From positions 1-54,587 of the forward strand of contig DAOUTI010000001.1 of assembly GCA_030626795.1 (NCBI GenBank): a stretch of DNA of 54,587 bases, written 5' to 3'. A program made the position numbers and the translations under genes. Shown piece after piece: positions 31,324 through 40,591 of the stretch. A model generated the notes under the pieces. That model was not told the origin of the DNA, ran no database searches, and saw only the letters and a program-made list of their open reading frames with translations. Within the stretch, counting starts at the first letter, position 1, and each line of letters opens with the position of its first letter. Source of the stretch: Flavobacteriaceae bacterium (GTDB taxonomy: Bacteria; Bacteroidota; Bacteroidia; Flavobacteriales; Flavobacteriaceae).

Positions 31324-32355
31324 TATTACACCTTCAATTTTGTTTATCACCTTTTTAGGAGAAATACTTCGCATAACATCTTCATACCCATCACAAACCT
31401 TATTACCGTAAATAGAGCATGGAATGTTTGGATATTTTTTTAAATCGGGAGTTATTGTATTTTCAATAGGCTGATTAAAGGGAGAAAAACCAGTAAAAGG
31501 ATGTGTAATTCCCCAAAGCGTTATCGTTTTTACACCTTGCATTGCTGCCAAGTGCGCATTGGCAGAATCCATACTAACCATACAATCTAAACGTGAAATT
31601 GTAATTAATTCATCATTTAATTTGACTTTTCCTGCTAGTGAAACTGTGTTTTTATATTTATTAGCTAAGTTTTGTAAAATTTCTACTTCTTTTTTTCCAC
31701 CACCAAATAACAATACTTTATAATTTGTGTTTTTTGAAATATTTTCAATAACTTTTTCCATTAAATCTAATGGATACATTTTTGATTCGTATTGTGCAAA
31801 AGGAGCAATACCAATAAGTTTTTTATAATTATTACCTATTAAGGTGTTGATTTTGTTTGGTAACTTTTCCTTTTCAGGGAATTGAGGATTGCTTAAATCA
31901 ACTTGAAACCCTAAACATCTAAAAACATCTGCATATCGTTCATGAGTAGATTTTAGTTGTTTAAAGATTTTATTTTCTGTTCTGGTTAAAGCTTTCTTTT
32001 CTACTCTTCCTTTGTTGATTACCGCAATTTTATTCCGCGAAAGCGAAAAAAATAATCGTAATATTTTTGAGCGTAAAACATTATGAATATCGGCAATCGC
32101 ATCAATTTTTAATGCTTTTAATTCTTTGTGGAGTTGGAACAAACCAAAAAAACCTTTGTGTTTACCATTAACATCGGCGGCATAAAAATTTACATTTGGC
32201 AAGTTTTTAAACATAGGTTTTAAAAATGAGCGAGACAAAACTGTAATTTTTACATTAGGGTTTTGAGTAATTAATGCTCTTAAAACTGGAACGCTCATGG
32301 CGACATCGCCCATTGCAGATAGACGAATTACTAAAATATGTTTTGGTGTGAGCAC
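31306..32355 (-). CDS. Glycosyltransferase family 9 (heptosyltransferase-like)
   Basis: IRLSAMGDV, DSANAHLAA. Confidence 0.93.
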   Translation of the reverse strand: MLTPKHILVIRLSAMGDVAMSVPVLRALITQNPNVKITVLSRSFLKPMFKNLPNVNFYAADVNGKHKGFFGLFQLHKELKALKIDAIADIHNVLRSKILRLFFSLSRNKIAVINKGRVEKKALTRTENKIFKQLKSTHERYADVFRCLGFQVDLSNPQFPEKEKLPNKINTLIGNNYKKLIGIAPFAQYESKMYPLDLMEKVIENISKNTNYKVLLFGGGKKEVEILQNLANKYKNTVSLAGKVKLNDELITISRLDCMVSMDSANAHLAAMQGVKTITLWGITHPFTGFSPFNQPIENTITPDLKKYPNIPCSIYGNKVCDGYEDVMRSISPKKVINKIEGVIKNIPD

Positions 32356-32366
32356 AATTAAAAATT

Positions 32367-32396
32367 AAAAAACCTGCCCAAAGATAGGCAGGTTTT
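32367..32396 (-). terminator. Intrinsic terminator ending the aromatic amino acid operon
   Basis: AAAACCTGCC/GGCAGGTTTT stem with U tract on the minus strand. Confidence 0.8.
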
Positions 32397-32419
32397 ATGA
32401 AAATCAATTTAATAAAGCT

Positions 32420-33499
32420 TTATCCATTGATAATTTTTTCTTGATGAGTAATAGATTCTTGATGAATGGCTTTGAACATTTTTTCAATAAAAATTTGTGA
32501 TAACCCTTGTTCTTTTCCCTTTTCAATCATGTTCTTTAAAATTTCTTGCCAACGTGTATTTTGCAAAACAGCAACATTACTTTCTTTTTTTGCTTTGCCA
32601 ATAGCTTCAATAATTTGCATTCTTTCGGCTAGGGTTTCCAATAATTGTTCGTCTTTTTCATTAATTTCTTTACGTAAAGCATCTAGTTTCGAAAGAGACT
32701 CTTCTTTTTCAAATCTAGGTTTTCTAACTTTAAGTTCCTCCATAATTTCAATCAAACGACTTGGTTTAATTTGCTGGGCAGCATCACTCCAAGCTTCATC
32801 TGGATTACAATGTGTTTCAATCATTAAGCCTTCGAATTTTAAATCTAATGCCGTTTGTGAAACATCAAAAATTCCCTCACGATTTCCGCAAATATGCGAA
32901 GGATCGTTAATAATTGGAAGCGTTGGGAATTTCGCTTTTAAATCAATTGGAATTTGCCAGCTAGGAATATTTCTATATTTTGATTTTCTGAAAGACGAAA
33001 AACCTCTGTGAATTGCTCCTAAATTAGTAACCCCCATTTTATAAAAACGCTCGATGGCACCAATCCATAAAGCTAAATCTGGATTGATTGGATTTTTTAC
33101 CAAAACAATTTTATCTGTCCCTTGAATGGCATCTGCAATTTCTTGAACCGCAAAAGGATTTACCGTTGTACGAGCGCCAATCCATAAAATATCGATGTCA
33201 AACTCTAAAGCAAGTTTTGCATGTTGCGCATTTGCAATTTCGACAGCAGTTAACATACCTGTCTCTTCTTTTACTTTTTGTAACCAAGGCAAAGCTTTTA
33301 CGCCGTTTCCTTCAAAAGTTCCAGGTCTTGTTCTTGGTTTCCAAACCCCAGCTCTAAAAACTGTTGCATCTGTGTTTTTTAATTCGTGTGCTACTTCTAA
33401 TACTTGTTTTTCACTTTCTGCACTACATGGACCAGCAATTACCAATGGGTGGTTTAATTGCATATTGTCTAACCATGTTTTAAAATTTTTATTTTCCAT
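32420..33499 (-). CDS. Bifunctional DAHP synthase (type I-beta) / chorismate mutase type II
   Basis: IAGPCSAES, WKPRT, IGARTT, DPSH; C-terminal LRKEINEKD...IHQESI CM domain. Confidence 0.93.
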   Translation of the reverse strand: MENKNFKTWLDNMQLNHPLVIAGPCSAESEKQVLEVAHELKNTDATVFRAGVWKPRTRPGTFEGNGVKALPWLQKVKEETGMLTAVEIANAQHAKLALEFDIDILWIGARTTVNPFAVQEIADAIQGTDKIVLVKNPINPDLALWIGAIERFYKMGVTNLGAIHRGFSSFRKSKYRNIPSWQIPIDLKAKFPTLPIINDPSHICGNREGIFDVSQTALDLKFEGLMIETHCNPDEAWSDAAQQIKPSRLIEIMEELKVRKPRFEKEESLSKLDALRKEINEKDEQLLETLAERMQIIEAIGKAKKESNVAVLQNTRWQEILKNMIEKGKEQGLSQIFIEKMFKAIHQESITHQEKIING

Positions 33500-33504
33500 A
33501 ATTA

Positions 33505-34359
33505 TTAATTGTTAATCCCAGCTAAAACACTTTTGATTTTATTGGTATTTTGCATAATTGCAAAAACGTCTTCGGCGGATTCTGATGTTAATACTTCTTT
33601 AAATTGATTTAAGTTTTTAATATATTCTTCTAATGATTTTAATAAATTTTCTTTGTTCTGTAAAAAAATTGGTGTCCAAGTTTCAGGATTACTTTTAGCT
33701 AATCTAACGGTAGATTCAAATCCACTTCCCGCCATATCAAAAATGCTTTTCTCATCTTTTTCAATTTCTAATACCGTTTTCCCAAGCATAAATGAACTTA
33801 TATGAGACAGATGAGAAACATAAGCAATATGTTTGTCGTGTTGCTTGGCAGAATCCATAAAAACATTGCGCATTTTTAGATTTTCAAATAAAGAAACAGC
33901 TTTGTTAATCATCTCTTTACTACTTCTATTTTGTTCACAAATAATATTTACTTTATTGGTAAACAGGTTGTAGATAGCTGCTTCTGGACCAGAAAATTCT
34001 GTTCCGGCAATTGGATGTAGTGCAACAAAATTTTTCCTTTTCGGATGATTTTTTACGGCTTCACAAACTGCTAATTTGGTTGAGCCTACATCAAAAACAA
34101 GCGTATCATTTTTGATTAAATCTAAAACTTGAGTTGTTAAATTGGGGATAATATTTACAGGAACAGCTATAATTACAATATCAACTTCACTAACTATATG
34201 GATATCCGCTTTTTTATAGATAATACCTAAATCTAAAGCTTTTTGTAAATGCTCTGCATTTTTATCAACTCCATAAATGGTTGCCCAAGTATTTTTTTTC
34301 AGCTCTAAAGCCAAAGAACCACCGATAAGACCCAAACCGATAACTGCAATTTTTTTCAT
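33505..34359 (-). CDS. tyrA: Prephenate dehydrogenase
   Basis: GLGLIGGS, DVGSTK, HPIAGTE, SHLSH. Confidence 0.93.
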   Translation of the reverse strand: MKKIAVIGLGLIGGSLALELKKNTWATIYGVDKNAEHLQKALDLGIIYKKADIHIVSEVDIVIIAVPVNIIPNLTTQVLDLIKNDTLVFDVGSTKLAVCEAVKNHPKRKNFVALHPIAGTEFSGPEAAIYNLFTNKVNIICEQNRSSKEMINKAVSLFENLKMRNVFMDSAKQHDKHIAYVSHLSHISSFMLGKTVLEIEKDEKSIFDMAGSGFESTVRLAKSNPETWTPIFLQNKENLLKSLEEYIKNLNQFKEVLTSESAEDVFAIMQNTNKIKSVLAGINN

Positions 34360-34360
34360 T

Positions 34361-35503
34361 CTAGTTTTTTTTAGAGACTCTGGTTAAAACTTCTTGTATT
34401 TTATCTTCTTTTATACATAGTGAAAAGCGAATATAACCTTCACCATTTGTTCCAAACACCGTACCAGGAGTAATAAATACATCATGTTGGTATAGCAATT
34501 CATCACATATTTCATTTGAGGTTTTCCCTTTCTGGATTTTTGCCCAAACAAACATACCCGTTGCATTTTTATCGTAACTACAACTTAATTTGTCGCAAAT
34601 TGCCCAAACAATTTCTCTCCTTTTGGTATAAACGGCATTAATTTGATTAAACCATTTATCCGATAAGTTTAAAGCAGCAATTGCCCCCTGTTGAATACCA
34701 TAATACATACCCGAATCCATGTTGCTTTTCACCTTTAAAATATTGTTTAAATATTTTTTGTTTCCAACAACCATACCGACTCTCCAACCAGCCATATTAA
34801 AAGTTTTACTTAGAGAATTTAATTCGATTGCAACTTCTTTGGCACCTTTTACAGATAAAATACTTTTTGGGTTATTATTTAAAATAAAACTATACGGATT
34901 ATCATTTACAATCAAAATATCATGCTTTTTTGCAAAAGCAATTAGTTTTTTAAACAAGCCTTCGGTAGCATTACTACCAGTTGGCATATGCGGATAATTA
35001 ACCCACATAATTTTTATTTTCGAAAGGTCTAATTTCTCTAATGCTTCAAAATCTGGTTGCCAGTTATTTTTTTCAAGTAAATCGTAAAAAACTGGTTTTG
35101 CCTGCACCAAATTGGTTACCGAAGTATAGGTTGGGTACCCAGGGTTAGGTATTAAAGCTTCATCTCCAGCATTTAAATACGCCATTGAAATATGTAAAAT
35201 TCCTTCTTTAGAACCCATTAATGGTAAAATTTCATTTTCAGATTCTAATTTTACACCATAATGGTTTTTATAAAATTTAGCTATAGCTTGACGTAATTCT
35301 GGTATACCTTGATAATTTTGATAGCCATGCGTATTTGCATTATTCAAAGCACGAATAACTTCAGATGGCGGATCTAAATCCGGACTTCCAATACCTAAAT
35401 TAATTATTGGTTTACCTGTTTTAATTAAGTTTCTAACTTCTCTTAATTTTATAGAGAAATAGTACTCTTTAACAGTATCTAATCTTTCTGCTACCTGTAT
35501 CAT
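34361..35503 (-). CDS. Class I/II PLP-dependent aminotransferase
   Basis: NLGIGSPD, GSKEG, SLSKTFNMAGWRVG. Confidence 0.92.
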   Translation of the reverse strand: MIQVAERLDTVKEYYFSIKLREVRNLIKTGKPIINLGIGSPDLDPPSEVIRALNNANTHGYQNYQGIPELRQAIAKFYKNHYGVKLESENEILPLMGSKEGILHISMAYLNAGDEALIPNPGYPTYTSVTNLVQAKPVFYDLLEKNNWQPDFEALEKLDLSKIKIMWVNYPHMPTGSNATEGLFKKLIAFAKKHDILIVNDNPYSFILNNNPKSILSVKGAKEVAIELNSLSKTFNMAGWRVGMVVGNKKYLNNILKVKSNMDSGMYYGIQQGAIAALNLSDKWFNQINAVYTKRREIVWAICDKLSCSYDKNATGMFVWAKIQKGKTSNEICDELLYQHDVFITPGTVFGTNGEGYIRFSLCIKEDKIQEVLTRVSKKN

Positions 35504-36342
35504 TGCTCCAAAGAATTTTGGTGGTACTCGCCCAATATTTTTAAATGATTTACTTTTTTACTAAGTAAATGCAACGCATTTTCATACAATTTAAAATCAT
35601 CGATAATCAAATCAATAAAAAAAGCGTAGCTCCATGGCTTATCAATAATAGGCATGGATTGAATTTTAGTCAAATTAATGTCGTGTTTGGCAAAAATATC
35701 TAACACCTCTGCTAAACTTCCTTTGTTATGTTTTGTTATAAACTTGATTGAAGCTTTGTCTTTTCCATTGCTCATTTTGTTTTCATGATTTGGAGTTTCT
35801 TTTTCTTTTTTTAGAATAAAAAACCTAGTCGAATTGTGCTTTATGGTTTGAATGTCATCTCTAATAACTTCTAAATCAAATATTTTAGCAGCCTCATTAC
35901 TAGCAATCGCAGCAATACCTTTTAAGTTTTTATCTTGAATTCTTTTTGCAACTTCGGCAGTATCTTTTTCTTCAATCAATTTGATATTGGGATGATTTCT
36001 AAAAAACTTTCTACATTGTAATATTGCCATCGGATGTGACCAAACCTCTTTGATATCTTCCAATTTCTGACCCTTTAAAGCCATTAAATGGTGATGGATA
36101 TTTAAATAAACCTCACCTTCAATATTTAAATTATATTCATCAATCAATGCATAATTTGGTAAAATAGCTCCTGCAATAGAATTTTCAATCGCCATAACAG
36201 CACTATCTATTTTATTGTTTTTTAACAAAACAGGAATTTCAGTAAAACTCATACATTCTACCAACTCAATTGCATTACCAAAAAATTGTTTGGCAACGAT
36301 ATCGTGAAAAGAACCTTTTATACCTTGTATTGCTACTTTCAT
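35500..36342 (-). CDS. pheA: Prephenate dehydratase with ACT domain
   Basis: IENSIAG, SHPMAILQC, NSTRF, NLTKIQSMP. Confidence 0.94.
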   Translation of the reverse strand: MKVAIQGIKGSFHDIVAKQFFGNAIELVECMSFTEIPVLLKNNKIDSAVMAIENSIAGAILPNYALIDEYNLNIEGEVYLNIHHHLMALKGQKLEDIKEVWSHPMAILQCRKFFRNHPNIKLIEEKDTAEVAKRIQDKNLKGIAAIASNEAAKIFDLEVIRDDIQTIKHNSTRFFILKKEKETPNHENKMSNGKDKASIKFITKHNKGSLAEVLDIFAKHDINLTKIQSMPIIDKPWSYAFFIDLIIDDFKLYENALHLLSKKVNHLKILGEYHQNSLEQ

Positions 36343-36355
36343 TTTAATTATATCT

Positions 36356-36390
36356 AAAAAAAAAGCCTCGAAAAATTTCGAGACTTTATA
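36356..36390 (-). terminator. Attenuator terminator upstream of pheA
   Basis: Minus strand AAAGUCUCGAAA-UU-UUUCGAGGCUUU followed by a U run, just before the pheA ATG. Confidence 0.85.
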
Positions 36391-36425
36391 ATGTTATATT
36401 ATTTAACTAATTTACATATAGAGTC

Positions 36426-36482
36426 TCACTTTATTTTAAAATAAAAATAAAAGCGACTAAAAATGTAAAAAGTGTTATTCAT
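36426..36482 (-). CDS. Phe/Tyr-rich attenuator leader peptide (18 aa)
   Basis: MNNTFYIFSRFYFYFKIK*: 5 Phe + 3 Tyr, lying between the promoter and the terminator. Confidence 0.8.
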   Translation of the reverse strand: MNNTFYIFSRFYFYFKIK

Positions 36483-36500
36483 AATTTTTTAATGTGGCAG

Positions 36501-36530
36501 CAAATCTATAAATATTTTTTTTAATTGCAA
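36501..36530 (-). promoter_or_regulatory. Promoter of the leader/pheA operon
   Basis: Minus strand TAGATTTG (36508-36501) with an upstream TTG. Confidence 0.7.
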
Positions 36531-36685
36531 GTATTTTCGTGATTTTATTGATAAATGTTTAACATTATTTTTGTTTTGTAGTGAATTTGGAATTAATTGA
36601 AAGGTAATTTTGTTAATTTATTTGTTTTGAGTTTAAAATAAACCCACAAAGTTTTGTTTCTTTGCACCTAGCAAACTACCTTTTT

Positions 36686-37579
36686 ATGTCAATAGAAGTA
36701 CAAAATATTTTAAAACTTTACGGAAAACAAAAAGCATTAAATAAGGTGTCTTTTACAATACCATCAGGTGAAATTGTAGGATTTTTAGGTCCCAATGGAG
36801 CAGGTAAATCAACCATGATGAAAATATTGACAACTTATATTAATCAAAATGAGGGAACTGTAAGCATAAATGGATTTGATACTTTGACTCATGATTTAGA
36901 GGTAAAAAAATCGGTTGGTTATTTACCCGAACATAATCCTTTGTATTTAGATTTATACGTAAAAGAATATTTAAATTTTCATGCTGATATTCATAAACTC
37001 TCAAATAACAGAATAGAAGAAGTTATTGAATTAGTAGGTTTATCCCCTGAAAAGGGTAAAAAAATAAATCAGTTATCAAAAGGATACAGGCAAAGAGTTG
37101 GTTTGGCAGCAGCATTATTACACAATCCTGAAGTTTTAATTTTAGACGAACCAACTACAGGTTTAGACCCAAATCAATTGGCAGAGATTAGAAATTTAAT
37201 TAAAGAAATTGGTAAAACAAAAACAGTTTTATTGTCAACACACATAATGCAAGAAGTTGAAGCTATGTGCGATAGGGTTATTATTATAAATAAAGGAGAA
37301 ATAGTTGCAGATAAAAATTTGAAAGATTTATTAGAAAATCAAGAGCAAATTATTGAAGTGGAGTTTGATTTGAGAGTTGAAGAACAACTTTTAAATAAAA
37401 TTCTAAACCTTAAATCGGCTAAAAATATTTTTGACAATACATGGCATTTAACTTTTGAAACGAAAGAAGATATGCGATCTAAAATATTTGATTTCGCTCA
37501 AGAAAACGGTTTAAAAACACTACAATTACAACAAAAAATAAATAGTTTAGAAAATTTATTTCAAAATATAACCAATTAA
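36686..37579 (+). CDS. gldA: Gliding motility ABC transporter ATP-binding subunit
   Basis: GPNGAGKST, GYLPEHNPLY, LSKGYRQRVG, LDEPTTGLDPNQ; start MSIEV. Confidence 0.88.
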   Translation: MSIEVQNILKLYGKQKALNKVSFTIPSGEIVGFLGPNGAGKSTMMKILTTYINQNEGTVSINGFDTLTHDLEVKKSVGYLPEHNPLYLDLYVKEYLNFHADIHKLSNNRIEEVIELVGLSPEKGKKINQLSKGYRQRVGLAAALLHNPEVLILDEPTTGLDPNQLAEIRNLIKEIGKTKTVLLSTHIMQEVEAMCDRVIIINKGEIVADKNLKDLLENQEQIIEVEFDLRVEEQLLNKILNLKSAKNIFDNTWHLTFETKEDMRSKIFDFAQENGLKTLQLQQKINSLENLFQNITN

Positions 37580-37587
37580 AATACAGC

Positions 37588-38769
37588 TTGTTAAAGAAGA
37601 TTTTTATACTTATCGCATTGGTATTTTTTTCTGACCATATATTTGGACAAGAAAAAAACAATGATTTTTATGTTACAAAAGGAAAAGGGTTTGAATTCCA
37701 TTTTTTTGATGATGCTTATGAATTGCAAATTGATTTTAGAGGTCAATTTAGAGCCACTTATTTACATGATGAGTTTCCTTTTTTTGGGGAGGATTTTACT
37801 GAAGAAAGTACCAATTTTAAAATAAATAGAGCCAGAATAAAAATTGGCGGACATGTTTATAAGTCTTACTACAAATTTTATCTGGAACAAGATATTGTTG
37901 GAGGAAATTTACTAGATTTTAGGGTGATGATTGAAAAATACTCTTTTTTAAAATTAAAAGTAGGTCAATGGAAAGCAAGATACTCTAGAGAAAGAATGAT
38001 TTCTTCTGGTAATCAGCAAGATGTTGATAGATCAATAATTAATAGTGTTTTTACCATTGATAGGCAACAAGGTGTTTCTCTATACGGAAATTTAAATAAT
38101 GAAGGGCCTGCTAATTTTAATTATTGGGCTTCAGTTTTTTCAGGCACAGGTAGAGGTGGTACATCTAATGATAAAAATACTTTGATGTATTTATTGAGAT
38201 TACAATGGAATCCTAATGGAGAAATTTTAAAGTTTTCGGGTTCGGATGTTGAAAACCATCAAAAATTGATTTCATCAGTTGCCATTGCTGGAGTTACCAA
38301 TACAAGCAGATATACTCAATTTTCAATAGCAGGAGGAGGGCAGTTACCAGGTTTTGATGAAGGTGTGGATGGGCAGTATAAAGTAGATCAATTTTTATTT
38401 GAAACTGCTTTTAAATATAGAGGCTTATCATGGCAGCAGGAGTTGCATTATAAAAATATTGATGATAGAGTTAATTTAGAGCAAACTACGCTAATTGGAA
38501 ATTATTTTCAAATAGGGTATTTTTTTTATAATGCTTTTTCAAAATTTCCAAAACCACTCGAAATTTTTGCTCGACAGGCATATTATAATCCAAATACAGA
38601 TATTTCAGGCAATAATAATTACGAATATACTGTGGGTTGTAACTGGTTTTTTAAAGGGCATAAAAATAAATTAACTTTTGATTATTCGTATTTGCAAACC
38701 AATTCATTAGAGGCAGTTTATAGTAAAGGAAATCGCTTTAGATTACAATGGGATATTTCGGTGTTTTAG
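37588..38769 (+). CDS. Phosphate-selective porin OprO/OprP-like
   Basis: Signal peptide, FKINRARIKIGG, GQWK, DRQQG, C-terminal RLQWDISVF. Confidence 0.8.
   Translation: MLKKIFILIALVFFSDHIFGQEKNNDFYVTKGKGFEFHFFDDAYELQIDFRGQFRATYLHDEFPFFGEDFTEESTNFKINRARIKIGGHVYKSYYKFYLEQDIVGGNLLDFRVMIEKYSFLKLKVGQWKARYSRERMISSGNQQDVDRSIINSVFTIDRQQGVSLYGNLNNEGPANFNYWASVFSGTGRGGTSNDKNTLMYLLRLQWNPNGEILKFSGSDVENHQKLISSVAIAGVTNTSRYTQFSIAGGGQLPGFDEGVDGQYKVDQFLFETAFKYRGLSWQQELHYKNIDDRVNLEQTTLIGNYFQIGYFFYNAFSKFPKPLEIFARQAYYNPNTDISGNNNYEYTVGCNWFFKGHKNKLTFDYSYLQTNSLEAVYSKGNRFRLQWDISVF
38695..38768 (+). repeat. 74-bp direct repeat, copy 1 (3' end of the porin gene)
   Basis: 71/74 identical to 39634-39707 by manual alignment. 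Confidence 0.95.
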
Positions 38770-38839
38770 CACCCTTTTATATATCGTTTTGTTTAATATT
38801 TGTTATGGATTTAATACCGTATCAATTCTTAACTGTTTG

Positions 38840-39142
38840 CTAGGCAACGTTTTTATTTTCGTAGTGTTTAATTTCCTTTAGTTCTAATTTTTTGGATTTT
38901 TTTCCTTCTTCAATATCAAAGTCGTCTTGAATGCCTAGCCAAAATTTGGCAGAATTTCCAAAATACTTGCTTAAACGTAGCGCTGTATCAGCTGTTATTC
39001 TACGATTACCTTTGATAATTTGGGAAATTCTTGTTTGAGGAATATTAAGATCCTTTGATAATCGATACGCAGATATTTTTAAAGGTTCCAGAAATTCTAG
39101 AAATAAAACTTCTCCTGGATGTATGTTTGATAATTTTTTCAT
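38840..39142 (-). CDS. higA: HigA family antitoxin
   Basis: IHPGEVL, HTH, ITADTALRLSKYFG, FWLGIQ. Confidence 0.94.
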   Translation of the reverse strand: MKKLSNIHPGEVLFLEFLEPLKISAYRLSKDLNIPQTRISQIIKGNRRITADTALRLSKYFGNSAKFWLGIQDDFDIEEGKKSKKLELKEIKHYENKNVA

Positions 39143-39153
39143 AATATATTAGT

Positions 39154-39435
39154 TTAATGGTAATCTATTATTTTCACATCACTTGCATTTCCATTATTCC
39201 AGGTAAAGATTATTCTCCACTGTTTGTTAATTCGAATGCTATAAAAACTATTTAATTTTCCTGTTAGTTTTTCAAGTCGGTTAGAAGGGGGAATTCTCAA
39301 ATCCGCAATATCTTGAGAATTATTGAGCATTCTCAACTTTCTACGTCCAATATTTTGAATTTCAAGTGGTAATTTCTTTACTCGAATACCATTCCAAATT
39401 TTTTCGGTCTCTTTAGAGCCAAATGTTAATATCAT
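39154..39435 (-). CDS. higB: HigB/RelE-family toxin
   Basis: DLRIPPSNRLEKL, SIRINKQWRI, IIDYH; toxin-first order. Confidence 0.94.
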   Translation of the reverse strand: MILTFGSKETEKIWNGIRVKKLPLEIQNIGRRKLRMLNNSQDIADLRIPPSNRLEKLTGKLNSFYSIRINKQWRIIFTWNNGNASDVKIIDYH

Positions 39436-39442
39436 ACCTTAT

Positions 39443-39463
39443 GCGTTACTAACGCCAAAGATA
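39443..39463 (-). promoter_or_regulatory. higBA promoter and putative HigA operator
   Basis: TATCTTTG (39463-39456) directly followed by palindrome GCGTTA-C-TAACGC (39443-39455). Confidence 0.7.
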
Positions 39464-39633
39464 GGTATTTTAGTTTGAACCACCAAACACTTGTTGTAAT
39501 GTTGCCTAATATTTTTTTATTGGACTACTTTACTGTTTGATCTAAACATAGGTTGGGGCACTTTTATATTATTGCTTTTATTTTTTTACCTAAAGCGGTA
39601 ATAAAAAAACACCTTTTGGATTTTATATATCTA

Positions 39634-39707
39634 CAAACCAATCCATTAGAGTCAGTTTATAGTAAAGAAAATCGCTTTAGATTACAATGGGATATTTCGG
39701 TGTTTTA
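39634..39707 (+). repeat. 74-bp direct repeat, copy 2 (orphan porin 3' end)
   Basis: Encodes QTNPLESVYSKENRFRLQWDISVF*, 3 substitutions versus copy 1. Confidence 0.95.
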
Positions 39708-39750
39708 AAGCTTTAAAAAGTTAAACTGTATCTTTGTAAAAAAATAATAA

Positions 39751-40569
39751 ATGGACTTACATAAAATTTCTAAACTAAAGCACCTTAACAAAAATAACTT
39801 CTTTTTATTAGCAGGGCCATGTGCGATAGAAGGCGAAGATATGGCAATGCAAATTGCCGAAAAATGTGTAGAAATTACCAATAAGTTAGAAATCCCTTTT
39901 ATTTTTAAAGGGAGTTTTAAAAAAGCAAATCGTTCAAGAATTGACAGTTTTACTGGAATTGGAGATGAAAAAGCTTTAAAAATCCTTGAAAAAGTAGGAA
40001 AAGCATTTGATGTACCAACAGTTACTGATATTCATGAAATTTCAGACGCATACAAAGCGGCGGAATATGTTGATGTTTTACAAATTCCAGCTTTTTTAGT
40101 TCGCCAAACCGATTTGGTTGTGGCAGCCGCAAAAACAGGCAAAGTAGTTAACTTAAAAAAAGGGCAGTTTATGAGTCCAGAAGCTATGCAACATGCCGTT
40201 AAAAAAGTCCACGACAGTGGTAACCAGCAAGCCATGATTACGGATAGAGGTACTATGTTTGGTTACCAAGATATGGTGGTTGATTTTAGAGGAATTCCGG
40301 TAATGCAAAACTATGCGCCAACGATTTTAGATATTACCCATTCTTTACAACAACCCAATCAAGCAAGTGGTGTTACTGGTGGAAAACCTGAATTGATTGA
40401 AACGATTGCAAAAGCAGGAATTGCAGTTGGTGTTGATGGTATATTTTTAGAAACTCATTACGACCCAAGTTGTGCAAAATCTGATGGGGCAAATATGTTA
40501 AAATTAGATTATTTAGAAGATTTGCTAACCAAATTGACAGCAATTAGAAAAACAGTAAATCAGTTTTAA
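39751..40569 (+). CDS. kdsA: KDO-8-phosphate synthase
   Basis: KANRS, QIPAFLVRQTDL, KKGQF, DITHSLQ; TATCTTTG at 39729-39736. Confidence 0.96.
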   Translation: MDLHKISKLKHLNKNNFFLLAGPCAIEGEDMAMQIAEKCVEITNKLEIPFIFKGSFKKANRSRIDSFTGIGDEKALKILEKVGKAFDVPTVTDIHEISDAYKAAEYVDVLQIPAFLVRQTDLVVAAAKTGKVVNLKKGQFMSPEAMQHAVKKVHDSGNQQAMITDRGTMFGYQDMVVDFRGIPVMQNYAPTILDITHSLQQPNQASGVTGGKPELIETIAKAGIAVGVDGIFLETHYDPSCAKSDGANMLKLDYLEDLLTKLTAIRKTVNQF

Positions 40570-40591
40570 AAGGTTTATATCAAAATTTGGG

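Noticed and set aside
38695-39707. CRISPR or prophage interpretation of the direct repeats
   Set aside because: Only two copies, of coding origin, with no spacers, cas genes or phage genes.
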